64,000 nucleotides of DNA, from NCBI GenBank assembly GCA_046331705.1, contig JAXLQJ010000005.1:1-64000 (forward strand), in the 5' to 3' direction. This DNA comes from a bacterium. GTDB taxonomy: Bacteria > JADJOY01. Of the stretch, positions 10,016 to 19,512 are shown piece after piece; position 1 is the first letter of the stretch, and the number at the start of each line of letters is the position of its first letter. The notes below the pieces were generated by a model. That model searched no databases. It saw nothing but the letters and a program-made list of their open reading frames with translations, and was not told the DNA's origin. Position numbers and translations under genes: made by a program.

Positions 10016-11647
10016 TCACACCGAGATCGAGCCCGCGCGGAAGTCGCTCTGACCGATCTTCACGTTCACCAGCGCCGGTCGGCCGGAATCGAGCGCCCGC
10101 TGGATGGCGGGCGCGATCTGTCCGGGCTCCACGACCCACTCGCCGTAGCCGCCGAGCGCCTCGACCACCTTGTCGTAGCGCGTGAAGTCGAGCGCCGTCG
10201 CCACCGCGCGCTCCTCGCCGTAGAGCTGGACCTGTCCGCGGCGGATCTGCATCCAGGCAGCGTCGTTGCCGATCACGCCGACGAAGGGGATGCCCTGACG
10301 AGCGGCGGCCTCGAACTCCATGCCGTTCAGCCCGAACGAGCCGTCGCCGTAGAGCACGAACACGCGCGAGTTGGGCTTGGCGAGCTTCGCTGCCATCGCG
10401 AAGGCCGGGCCGACGCCGAGCGTCCCGAGCGGCCCGGGATCCAGCCAATGGCCCTGCTTGTGCACCTGGATCACGTAGGCACCGGTGCCGACGATGTCGC
10501 CACCGTCGCCGATCACGATCGCGTCCTCGTCCACGAACTTGGCGAGTTCCGAGCACATGCGAATCGGATCGATGGGAACGGAGCTCGACTCGCGGCTCTC
10601 GAGGATGCGCGCGAGCTTGCGATCCTCCTCGGCACGCACCCGCCCCAGCCACTCGCCGCGGTCCTTGCCCTTCGCGGGCAGCGCGTCGGCCAGGGCCGCG
10701 AAGACCAGACCGGTGTCCCCGACGATCCCTTCGGCGATGTGGCGGTTCTGGCCGATGATCGAGCCATCGAGGTCGATCTGCACCAGCTTCGCGTCGGGCG
10801 CGAACACGTGATCGGCGCCGTAGCTCAAGCGGAAATCGATCGGCGTCCCGAAGATCAAGATCACGTCCGCCGCGGCGAGCGAGAACTTCCGCGATTGCGT
10901 GAAGAGGCACGGGTGTCCCGGCGGCAAGGCACCGCGACCCATGCCGTTCAGGTAGGTGGGCATGGGACAGCGTGCGAGGAACTGCTGGAACGCCTCGCGC
11001 CGCGACGACCACCAGAGCTGGCTGCCCACGATCGCCATCGGCCGCTCGCAATCCCGCAACAGCGCGGCGACCCGCTCGATGGTCGCGGGGTCACCCGCCG
11101 GCCGCGCGGTGGTGCGATAGCCCGTGGGGATCGGTGCGTCCGCGTCACCCATCAGCACGTCGATGGGCACCTCCAGGAACACCGGTCCGGGCACGCCGGT
11201 GGTGGCGATCCGGTACGCCTTGGCCAGGTAGTCCGGAATGCGGCGCGTCTCGGGGATGGTGTCCGACCACTTGGTGATGCTCGCCATCAAGCCGACGTGG
11301 TCCATCTCCTGGAGCGAGCCCATCCCCTTGTAGTGCAGCGGGCCCTGGCCGCCGAGGACGATCATCGGCACGCCGGCGCGAAACGCGTTCGCCACCCCGG
11401 TGACCACGTCGGTCACGCCCGGACCGGCGGTGACGAGAGCGACACCGGGCTCACCCGTGACGCGCGCCCAGCCGTCGGCGGCATGGCCGGCGCTCTGCTC
11501 GTGGCGCACGTCCACCACGCGAATGCCTTCGTCCAGGCATCCGTCGTAGATGGCCTGGATGTGCCCGCCGCACAGCGTGAACACGTGCGAGACACCTTCG
11601 GCCTTGAGCGTCTTCGCGACCAGATTGCCGCCCGGCTGTGTCGCCAT
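10016..11647 (-). CDS. Thiamine pyrophosphate-dependent enzyme (acetolactate synthase large subunit-like / 2-hydroxyacyl-CoA lyase-like)
   Basis: FTLCGGHI, DVRHEQSAGHAADGWAR, TAGPGVT, DPGPLGTLGVG, TPP motif GDGSFG...NDAAW; GAGGAG RBS. Confidence 0.92.
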   Translation of the reverse strand: MATQPGGNLVAKTLKAEGVSHVFTLCGGHIQAIYDGCLDEGIRVVDVRHEQSAGHAADGWARVTGEPGVALVTAGPGVTDVVTGVANAFRAGVPMIVLGGQGPLHYKGMGSLQEMDHVGLMASITKWSDTIPETRRIPDYLAKAYRIATTGVPGPVFLEVPIDVLMGDADAPIPTGYRTTARPAGDPATIERVAALLRDCERPMAIVGSQLWWSSRREAFQQFLARCPMPTYLNGMGRGALPPGHPCLFTQSRKFSLAAADVILIFGTPIDFRLSYGADHVFAPDAKLVQIDLDGSIIGQNRHIAEGIVGDTGLVFAALADALPAKGKDRGEWLGRVRAEEDRKLARILESRESSSVPIDPIRMCSELAKFVDEDAIVIGDGGDIVGTGAYVIQVHKQGHWLDPGPLGTLGVGPAFAMAAKLAKPNSRVFVLYGDGSFGLNGMEFEAAARQGIPFVGVIGNDAAWMQIRRGQVQLYGEERAVATALDFTRYDKVVEALGGYGEWVVEPGQIAPAIQRALDSGRPALVNVKIGQSDFRAGSISV

Positions 11648-11781
11648 GACTCGAATCTCCTCGGGAGGTCTCTCTCGTCGGGGCGCGCTCGCTGCCGACG
11701 AACGCGGTCCGTGGCGGCCAGATCCACGGGCGACCCCGCGGCCGCCCCGGCGCTCGACTCACGCCGACTCGTGAATCGCGT

Positions 11782-12489
11782 TCAGTAGTTGCCGTAGTTC
11801 GACGGCGGCGGCGGAACGTACTTGGGCGCCGAGAGCAGCGCGTACGCCACGCCGAAATGCCAGTTGAGCACCGGCAAGCCGTCGGTCGCGCCCAGCGTGA
11901 ACTCCATGTCGGCCGAGAGCTCGCGGCTGAGCGCGAGGTCGCTGCCGAGGATGATGCCGAAGAGCGCGTCCGTGTTGCCTTCGGAGTCCGCGTCGTCGTT
12001 GCCGGTGTCGATGCTCGCGTGGGTGAACCCCACGGCGAAGCCGCCGTACGGCGTGAGCGCCACGTTGCCCATGTCGAAGCGATGACCGATCAGCGGGCCG
12101 AACGCCAGGCTCTGCGCGTCGAGATCACCGATCGCGACGTCGAAGGCGCCGAAGAGCGACACCTGCACCGGCAGGTTCGACGTCTGGTCCATCAGCTGGA
12201 ACTTGGTGCCGAAGCCGAACACGAAATCGTCCGCGTCGCCGAACGCGCCGCCGAGCTGAGCGCTCACCGAGAGCTGGTCGAGAAGGCTGTAGCGGCCGCG
12301 GATCATGATCGCCACGTCGGTGAAATCCGGGTCACCGTCGTGCACCACGCCGAGGGTGGGATAGAGGATGAAGCTCCCCGCGGGCTCGACGCTCGGCCGC
12401 TGCGCGGGCACCGCGAACTGCGCGTGCGCCGCCGACGCGAACGACGCGCACACGATGAGCGTCCAAACGCAGACTGCAAACCGTTTCAT
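11782..12489 (-). CDS. Putative outer-membrane beta-barrel protein
   Basis: Signal peptide ending AHA-Q; alternating amphipathic strands; last strand WHFGVAY. Confidence 0.65.
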   Translation of the reverse strand: MKRFAVCVWTLIVCASFASAAHAQFAVPAQRPSVEPAGSFILYPTLGVVHDGDPDFTDVAIMIRGRYSLLDQLSVSAQLGGAFGDADDFVFGFGTKFQLMDQTSNLPVQVSLFGAFDVAIGDLDAQSLAFGPLIGHRFDMGNVALTPYGGFAVGFTHASIDTGNDDADSEGNTDALFGIILGSDLALSRELSADMEFTLGATDGLPVLNWHFGVAYALLSAPKYVPPPPSNYGNY

Positions 12490-12560
12490 GGCTGATCTCC
12501 TCGTCGGGATGCGGGAAATGCCGTCGAACCGCCGAAGCTAGCCCCCGATGTCGCGACGCG

Positions 12561-15101
12561 TCAAACGCGCGAGGCGCCGGCGCGCGCCTCCAGCCAACGC
12601 GTCACCTGGGCGCGCGCGCGACGCCGGAACTTGAGGTCGAGCGCCATCCACTCGAGCGTCTGCTTCATGCCTTGCTCGGTGTTCGGAAGCGGGTGCGCGT
12701 GAAAGAACGCGCGCACCTCCCGCAACCCTTGCTCGGTGCCGAGCATCGGCAGCGTGTCCGCGATGCGCTTCCACATGAACCACACCGCGCGCGCGTCGAC
12801 CGACTCGAAGCTCTGCCGCAGGAAGTGCCACGCGTGCCAGCGCGCCGCCGGATTCTGGAGCAAGCGGACGTAGACCAAGGCGAGGTCCTGCGAACGGATC
12901 GACTCGGTCAGCGTCTCCTCGAGCAGGTGGCGGACGAGCACCGGATCCTCGAAGTCCGCGCGCGCGAGCAGCAACGCGCGTTCGAGCTGCGGCGTCGCCG
13001 CTCGGGAGCGCGCCCGGTCGAGTCGCGCGAAGAGCGACGCATCGCCGCCCCGGGCGGCGATGCGCAGCGCCACCGTGAACAGCTCGGGATCGATCGAGCG
13101 CGGCGAGCCGATCGCGCGGCGGCCCGCGTCCGCCATGGTCTCGCGAACGGTCGGATCGCGCACCACGTCGCCCAGGACGTCGACCACCACCGCGCGCGCC
13201 ATGCGTCGTTCGTCCGGCTCGCGGCGCGATCCCTCCACGCCCAGCTCGTCGAGCCGGCTGCGGAAGACCTGGTCGATCCAGGCGTGGAAGCGCGGTCGAA
13301 GCTCGGCGGGAACGATGCCGTCGTCGAGGGCGCGCAGCACCTGTGCCGCGCGGCCCAGCACCACCCGGCTCGGCTCGTCACCGATGCGGCCCACCACCTC
13401 GAGGACGCGCCCGATGTCGACCCGGCCCGCGCGCGCCATCGCCCACAGGTCGCCGAGCAGCCCGGCGCGCTCGGCGGGCTCGAGGCTCGTGAAGGATTCC
13501 GTGAGCGCGACCAGCGTCTCGGCGTCGTACACGGTACGGAAGAAGCCCGCGGAGTCCGCGTTCGCCACCACCCAGCTGGTGGGCGCCGCGGCGAGCGTCA
13601 CGTCCATGCGCTCGCGATCGAGCAGCACTCGCTGAGAGTGCTCGCCGGCTCGCAGCACGAGCGGCACCTGCCAGCGCTCCGACTTGGCGGAGGCGCGGCC
13701 CGGCGCCCACGAGAAGCGCCGCTGTGCGAGGGTCACGCGATCGCGGCGCCGCCGCGCCTCGAGCACGGGGAAGCCGGGCGCGGTGATCCACTTGCTGAGC
13801 AGCCGCGAGACGTCCTGCCCCGAGGCCTCGGAGAGCGCGCGCCACAGGTCTTCGCCGGTGGCGTTGCCGTCGGCGTGACGCCGGATGTAGGCGCGGATCC
13901 CGGCGCGCATCACGTCCACGCCGAGATAGCTCTCGAGCATGCGCAACACGGCGGCGCCCTTGTTGTAGGTGATCGCGTCGAAGGACTCGAGGATCTCGGG
14001 GAGCGTCGCGGCGTCGTTGCGAATGGCGTGCGTGCTCTCCAGCGCATCGAGATGGAAGGCCTCGGACTTGGTGTTCTCGAACGTCGTCCACACGTGCCAG
14101 TCCGGGAAGAGATCGTCGAGGATCCGCTCCGAGATCCAGGTCGCGAAGCTCTCGTTGAGCCACAGATCGGACCACCAGACGGGCGTCACCAGGTTCCCGA
14201 ACCAATGGTGCGCGAGCTCGTGGGTGATGATGTTGGCGATGTCGCGCAGCTGCGCGATGCCGATGGTGCGCGGATCGACCAGCAGCAACGCCTCGCGGTA
14301 CGTGATGCAGCCGGCGTTCTCCATCGCTCCGGCGGCGAAATCCGGGACGGCGACGTGATCCACCTTCCCGAACGGGTACTCGAGGTCGAAGTAGCGCTCC
14401 AGCGCCGCCAGCGTCTTGCAGGCGAGGTCGAGGGCCGTTCCGGCGAGGTGGCCGCGCCCGCGCGGTGCCAGGACGCGCACCGGAGTGCGCCCCACGTGGC
14501 GCGTCTCGCTCGCCTCCCAGGGCCCGGCGCAGACCGCCACCAGGTAGGTCGGCAGCGGGCGCGTGCGGCGGAAGCGCCTTCGCACGCGGCCCTTCGCGAG
14601 CGGTTCGGCGACGGCTTCCGCCTGGTTCGACACCACCAACCAATCCGCCGGCCCGGAGACCGCGACGTCGAAGGTGGCCTTCGCGTCCGGCTCGTCGAGG
14701 CAGGCGAATGCGCCGCGCGCGTCCGTCGACTCGAACTGGGTCACGACGAATCGATCCTCCTCGTGGCGCGCCACGTACATGCCGCTCAGGCTCGAGCGCA
14801 GCTCGGCCACCAGCGAGAGGTCGAGGCGCGCCGGCCCGGGCGGGATCTCGCTGGCGAGCTGGAAGGCGAGCGTCTGGCCGTCGCCGCCCGGCTTGGCGGT
14901 GACCGCGACCTTGCGCCCAGCGGCGCGCAGCGAGGCGGAGCGGACCTCCAGCCCCACACCGTGCAGCACCAGCTTGCGCGTCGGTCGGCGCACCTCGAGG
15001 TGGATGCGCTCGCGCACCGCGACCCGGCCCGCGTCGAGATCGGGCGCGAAGTCGAGGTCGTAGTGGCGCGGCACGGCGACGCGCTTCAAGCGCTCGGTCA
15101 T
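12561..15101 (-). CDS. pepN: M1 family aminopeptidase (aminopeptidase N / puromycin-sensitive type with ERAP1-like C-terminal domain)
   Basis: TQFESTDARGAFACLDEP, GAMEN, HELAHHWFGNLVT...LWLNESFA, FDAITYNKGAAVLRML. Confidence 0.95.
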   Translation of the reverse strand: MTERLKRVAVPRHYDLDFAPDLDAGRVAVRERIHLEVRRPTRKLVLHGVGLEVRSASLRAAGRKVAVTAKPGGDGQTLAFQLASEIPPGPARLDLSLVAELRSSLSGMYVARHEEDRFVVTQFESTDARGAFACLDEPDAKATFDVAVSGPADWLVVSNQAEAVAEPLAKGRVRRRFRRTRPLPTYLVAVCAGPWEASETRHVGRTPVRVLAPRGRGHLAGTALDLACKTLAALERYFDLEYPFGKVDHVAVPDFAAGAMENAGCITYREALLLVDPRTIGIAQLRDIANIITHELAHHWFGNLVTPVWWSDLWLNESFATWISERILDDLFPDWHVWTTFENTKSEAFHLDALESTHAIRNDAATLPEILESFDAITYNKGAAVLRMLESYLGVDVMRAGIRAYIRRHADGNATGEDLWRALSEASGQDVSRLLSKWITAPGFPVLEARRRRDRVTLAQRRFSWAPGRASAKSERWQVPLVLRAGEHSQRVLLDRERMDVTLAAAPTSWVVANADSAGFFRTVYDAETLVALTESFTSLEPAERAGLLGDLWAMARAGRVDIGRVLEVVGRIGDEPSRVVLGRAAQVLRALDDGIVPAELRPRFHAWIDQVFRSRLDELGVEGSRREPDERRMARAVVVDVLGDVVRDPTVRETMADAGRRAIGSPRSIDPELFTVALRIAARGGDASLFARLDRARSRAATPQLERALLLARADFEDPVLVRHLLEETLTESIRSQDLALVYVRLLQNPAARWHAWHFLRQSFESVDARAVWFMWKRIADTLPMLGTEQGLREVRAFFHAHPLPNTEQGMKQTLEWMALDLKFRRRARAQVTRWLEARAGASRV

Positions 15102-15271
15102 GGGCTGGCTCCGTCGATGGACGCGAATCGGGATCGACCGAGTGCGTATACCACGAAGGAGCCGCACCAGCCGCGCGCGGAGGGACGCGGCGGGTCGACT
15201 TCTGCGCGGCGTCGTGCTCGGGCAAAATGGCGCTCGTTCCGGCGCTCATGACCGCGGGCGCCGTCGTCACC

Positions 15272-16009
15272 ATGCGACTTCTCACCTGGAACATCCACAA
15301 GGGCATCGGCGGGCTCGACCGCCGCTACGATCCGGATCGGATCGTGGAGGTCATTCGTCATCACGAGCCCGACGTCGTGCTGCTCCAGGAGATCGACGAG
15401 GACGTGCCGCGGTCCAGGCACCATCGGCAGGTGGACGTTCTCGGCGACGCCCTCGGCTTCACGCATCGCGCCTTCGCGCCCAACGTGAAGCTCAAGCACG
15501 GGCACTACGGCAACGCCACGCTGGCGCGCTTTCCGATGGTGCACACCGTCAACGTGAATCTCACGCTCAAGCCGAAGAAGGCGCGCGGCGCGCTCTTGAC
15601 CGAGCTGGCCGTGCCGGGCCAGGACCGCCGCTTCTCGGTGCACATCGCCAACTGGCATCTGGGGCTCTCGGCGCTCGAGCGACGCTGGCAGGTCGCCAAG
15701 CTCATGCGCGCGAGCGCGCTCAAGCATCTCGACCCGCACAGTCGACTCGTTATCGCGGGCGATGCCAACGACTGGTCCGGCGCGGTCGGTCGCTGGCTCG
15801 TGAAGCGCGGCGGCTTCACGCCGGCGTCGGGGATCGGCAACCGCCGGACGCGGACGTGGCCGGCGTGGCGGCCGGTGGGCGCGCTGGATTGCGTCTACGG
15901 GCGCGGGGCGTTGCAGTTCCGGCACCACTTCACGTCCCGTCTCAAGCTCGCGCGCGAGGCCTCGGACCACCTGCCCCTGGTCGTCGACCTCGACCTCGAT
16001 CCCCGCTGA
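15272..16009 (+). CDS. Endonuclease/exonuclease/phosphatase (EEP) family protein
   Basis: LLTWNIHKG, PDVVLLQEID, YGNATL, HLGL, IAGDAN, LDCVY, ASDHLPL; start could be as early as 15227. Confidence 0.92.
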   Translation: MRLLTWNIHKGIGGLDRRYDPDRIVEVIRHHEPDVVLLQEIDEDVPRSRHHRQVDVLGDALGFTHRAFAPNVKLKHGHYGNATLARFPMVHTVNVNLTLKPKKARGALLTELAVPGQDRRFSVHIANWHLGLSALERRWQVAKLMRASALKHLDPHSRLVIAGDANDWSGAVGRWLVKRGGFTPASGIGNRRTRTWPAWRPVGALDCVYGRGALQFRHHFTSRLKLAREASDHLPLVVDLDLDPR

Positions 16010-16053
16010 GCCGTCGCGGCCGCCGCGCCGCTCATGCAGCCACGGAGCGACGC

Positions 16054-17853
16054 TCAGCGCGTGGCGCCGACGAGCCGGTCGAGGTCGACGCGCACACCGC
16101 CGACCACCGAGCCCAGCATCAGCCAGCGGCCGTCGGGGGTGAGCGACAACGTCCGCATCCGGCGCCCCACGTGGACGTGGCCGCGAACCGCGAGCGTCTC
16201 GCCATCGAGCGCATCGAGCGCGCCGGTGTTGCGGTTGCCGACGTAGACCACCCGGCGGCGCTCGTCCCAGAGCATGAGCCGCACGCCCCGATCGAGCGAA
16301 TGGGTCGCCACGACGCGCAACGGGTCGCGCGCGAGCTTCGCCACCGTGCCGGCGTTGAAGTAGGCGGCGTAGACGGCACCGTCGGCGCTCAACGCCACCT
16401 TGGTCTTGTGGGCCGCCGGGAGGATGAAGCGCCAGCGCCCCGGTAGATCGATCGAGTCCAGGTCGCGTCCGTCCGACTTGGAGACGACGCGCACGCGCCC
16501 GGAATCGCCCACGATCAGCTGGTCGCGATCGTCGTCGATGACGAAGTCCCAGAGCTTGGTTCCGGTCACGGCGATGGCGCACTCGCCGGTCTCGAGGTCG
16601 GCGCGCGCGATCTCGTTCTGCTCGTCGAGGACGTAGAGCGACCTGCGGCCGCGATCCAGCGCGAGCCACCACGGTCCGTGCACGTCGCAGCGGTGCGGCA
16701 GCGCTTCGATGCGAAGCGGCCCGAGCCGCGGGCCCTCGTCCGCCGCGCCGGCGAGCGCCAAACGGTAGAGCCTCGCTTCCATGAAATCCGCGACGTACAT
16801 CGCGTTGCTCGCGCAATCGGCCGTGTAGTTGTCCGAGGCCATGAAGCGCATGCTCGCGATCGCCGGCCCGCCATCCGGCGGAAACACCACCAATCCCCGC
16901 TCGCGCTCCTTGCTTCCCGCCACGATCGGCCAGCCCGCGCACGGCTGGGAGAGGAAGAAGGCACCCGAGCGAATGTGCGCCTCGTCGCCGCGGAACACCG
17001 CGCTCACCACCGGCTCGGCGAGCGGCTCCGAGGAGGGCATGAACGAGGTCTGGGCGAGCCGGCCCCAGAAGAGCGTGAACGTGACGAAGCACGCGAGCAC
17101 GGCGCGCCCGCTCTCCTGCACCAGGCGGCCGCGAAAGATCAGCCAGGGCGGCAGCAGCACCGCTGCGTGCCCGAGCACGCTCAGCACGCGCCATCTCGCC
17201 GGCATCGCGAAGGGACCGACGAGGCCGGGAAGCAGCGCTGCACCGACGAGCACCCACGGCACGTGAGCGCGGGCACGCGCGCGCAGCGACGCCAGGAAGG
17301 CCACGAACACCAGCGCGCAGCACGCGACCTCGCGATTGGGCAGCAGCGGCGCCCAGCTCGCCAGCAACCAGAACTGGATCGCCACCAGCAAGAAGAGCAC
17401 GACGCGGCAGAACGTGAGCGCGATCGAGCGCGTCTCGCCGAGACGCGCTCGCAACCGCCGCAGCAACGGCAAGGTGGCGACCGCGAGGAAGGAGAACGGC
17501 GCGAGCACCAGCCCCCAGATGGGCAGGATGCCGAGGATCGCCAGCGCCTCGCGGCCGAACGCGGGCCGCGGTCCCGGCTCGCGACCGGACGCGAGCCCCA
17601 CCACCGTGCCCACGAGGTAGCCCGCGAGCCCCGCCGCCGCGGGAATCACGGTCAAGGCCAGAAAGCCCGCTCCGGCGGCGCCGAAGAAATAGCCGGTCTC
17701 GGTGCGGATGCCGTGACGGCTGGCGACGTCGGCGAGCCACGGCCCGCCGAGGTGCGACCATCTCTCGGCGCCCGGCACCATGCCGAGCGGCACCGCGAGC
17801 GAGTACGCGATCCAACCGATGCGCTGGGCGAGCGCGCGGCGCGTGAGGGCCAT
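16054..17853 (-). CDS. Polytopic membrane protein with C-terminal YncE/YVTN-like beta-propeller
   Basis: About 7-8 hydrophobic segments, then blade-like repeats (LALDRGRRSLYVLD, VALSADGAVYAAYFNAGTV, VYVGNRNTG, LSLTPDGRWL). Confidence 0.75.
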   Translation of the reverse strand: MALTRRALAQRIGWIAYSLAVPLGMVPGAERWSHLGGPWLADVASRHGIRTETGYFFGAAGAGFLALTVIPAAAGLAGYLVGTVVGLASGREPGPRPAFGREALAILGILPIWGLVLAPFSFLAVATLPLLRRLRARLGETRSIALTFCRVVLFLLVAIQFWLLASWAPLLPNREVACCALVFVAFLASLRARARAHVPWVLVGAALLPGLVGPFAMPARWRVLSVLGHAAVLLPPWLIFRGRLVQESGRAVLACFVTFTLFWGRLAQTSFMPSSEPLAEPVVSAVFRGDEAHIRSGAFFLSQPCAGWPIVAGSKERERGLVVFPPDGGPAIASMRFMASDNYTADCASNAMYVADFMEARLYRLALAGAADEGPRLGPLRIEALPHRCDVHGPWWLALDRGRRSLYVLDEQNEIARADLETGECAIAVTGTKLWDFVIDDDRDQLIVGDSGRVRVVSKSDGRDLDSIDLPGRWRFILPAAHKTKVALSADGAVYAAYFNAGTVAKLARDPLRVVATHSLDRGVRLMLWDERRRVVYVGNRNTGALDALDGETLAVRGHVHVGRRMRTLSLTPDGRWLMLGSVVGGVRVDLDRLVGATR

Positions 17854-17861
17854 GGCGCGCG

Positions 17862-17867
17862 ATTGTA
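17862..17867 (-). promoter_or_regulatory. -10 element (TACAAT) 8 nt before the ATG; probable leaderless transcript
   Basis: Minus strand reads TACAAT-CGCGCGCC-ATG with no SD sequence. Confidence 0.5.
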
Positions 17868-17934
17868 GACCGCATCGTGCGCGGCGGACGGCTCGCGGCG
17901 AGCGAGCGCGGGGCGAATCGTGCGTGGCGGCGGC

Positions 17935-19512
17935 TCACAGCGCGAGGCGATCGAGGTCGATCACCACGCCGCTCGAGGCGTTGATGAACGAGAGCCGGCG
18001 CTCGTCGCGCGAGAGCGTGATCGCCTGGATCCGCGGCCCCACGTCGATCCGACCGAGCTCCCGCTCGCCGGCGCGGTCGAGCACCACGAGCTCGCCGCTG
18101 AGGAAGTTGCCGACGAAGAGCCGCCCGTGGCGCGGGTCGAGGGCGAGATGGCGGATGCCGAGCCCGAGGTGCGTCGAGCGCTCGATGCCGAGATCGCCTG
18201 CCCGCAGCACGGTGAGCGTGCCGGTGTTCATGTCGGTGGCGAAGAGCCGCTCGTGCTCGACGTCGAAGAGCAGCTGGCCCAACCGATGTCCCACCCGCGT
18301 GCTCGGCAACGCCCACGGCAGGCTGGGCAGCTTCGCCTCGCTCACGTATGCGCGAGCGGCTTGGCTGAAGCGCCGCACCCGCCCCATGTCGAGGACGAAG
18401 AGATCGCCGGTGCGCGGCTCCACCGCGAGGTCGCGCGCGAAATCGCCGGGCACGCGCTCCGCGCACGCGAATCGCTCGACGTCGAGGCCGGAGATCTCGC
18501 CGGTGTCGTCCACCCACCACGCGCGGTTGCGCGCCGGATCGGCGCGCACGGTGTCCGGCGCGCGATCCGTGCAATGGGGAACGCGCCGCACCACGCGCAA
18601 CGGCGAAAGGCCCACGTCCACGAGCTCGTTCGCCCCCGAGGTCGAGGTGTTGCCCAGGTGCAGCACGTCACGCGCGCAGTCGAGCCAGCAGATCCTGCTG
18701 AACCCCACTTGCACACGTCCCAGCGGCTCGCTTCCGCCCGCGCGGGGAATCTCGAGCGTGCGCCCGAGCTGGCCCATCAGGTACGACTCGCCGTCGCACG
18801 ACTCCATCAGCGGTCCGCCCAGATGGTTCCAGTTGATCGCGAGGGTGGGCGAATCCCGGATGCCGTCGAGCAATCCCGCGAGCGGCACCACGATCGTCCG
18901 GACCCCCGGCGTGCGCTCGATGCGCTCGGCGAGCGAGCCTGCGGTGACGTTGTAGAAGACCCACTGGCGCAGGCGGACGCCGCCGTTGGCGAGCGCGACC
19001 GCGAGCGAGAGCGTGAGCGCGGGGCGCGCGAGCGCGGCGCCGCCGATCGCAAAGAGCACGAGCACGCCGCCGCCGAACACCGCGGCGAGCACCATCCGGG
19101 CGGTACCGGCGAGCGGCAACGGCGGAACGAATGCCGCGAATCCGGCGACCCCCACGGCGAGGAGCAACGCCCGAGCGACGCCGCCGACTCGCTCGGCGCG
19201 AGCGCCGCTCCGCCCCGAGCGAGTCGCCACGAAGGTGAGCACGGCGACGAACGCCACGGATCCGAGATCGGATCGCGTGAGGTAGGGGACGTAGCTCTGC
19301 ACCAGCGCGGCGAACGCCAGCACGCCGAGGTAGTAAGCGGCGCGGAGTCGTCGCCACACCGTCCCCGTCGCACCGAATCGCCGCTCCAGCCGCGCGGCGA
19401 GCGGCACCAGCCACACGGTGAGGACGGTGATCGGCGGCGCGTGGGCCAGGTGGAGCAGCGCGCGGCCGAGAAGCTCGCGGCGCGACCCTTGCGCGCGCGG
19501 CTCGGCCGTCAC
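17935..19512 (-). CDS. Polytopic membrane protein with C-terminal YncE/YVTN-like beta-propeller (paralog of 16054..17853)
   Basis: GTG start overlaps the radical SAM TGA (GTGA 19509-19512); about 6 TM segments; blades LAVEPRTGDLFVLD, LFATDMNTGTL, LALDPRHGRLFVGNF; ends GVVIDLDRL like its paralog's GVRVDLDRL. Confidence 0.75.
   Translation of the reverse strand: MTAEPRAQGSRRELLGRALLHLAHAPPITVLTVWLVPLAARLERRFGATGTVWRRLRAAYYLGVLAFAALVQSYVPYLTRSDLGSVAFVAVLTFVATRSGRSGARAERVGGVARALLLAVGVAGFAAFVPPLPLAGTARMVLAAVFGGGVLVLFAIGGAALARPALTLSLAVALANGGVRLRQWVFYNVTAGSLAERIERTPGVRTIVVPLAGLLDGIRDSPTLAINWNHLGGPLMESCDGESYLMGQLGRTLEIPRAGGSEPLGRVQVGFSRICWLDCARDVLHLGNTSTSGANELVDVGLSPLRVVRRVPHCTDRAPDTVRADPARNRAWWVDDTGEISGLDVERFACAERVPGDFARDLAVEPRTGDLFVLDMGRVRRFSQAARAYVSEAKLPSLPWALPSTRVGHRLGQLLFDVEHERLFATDMNTGTLTVLRAGDLGIERSTHLGLGIRHLALDPRHGRLFVGNFLSGELVVLDRAGERELGRIDVGPRIQAITLSRDERRLSFINASSGVVIDLDRLAL

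Noticed and set aside
11648-11781. Possible TPP riboswitch upstream of the TPP-dependent enzyme
   Set aside because: No CTGAGA or ACCTGA core; only generic GC-rich hairpins.
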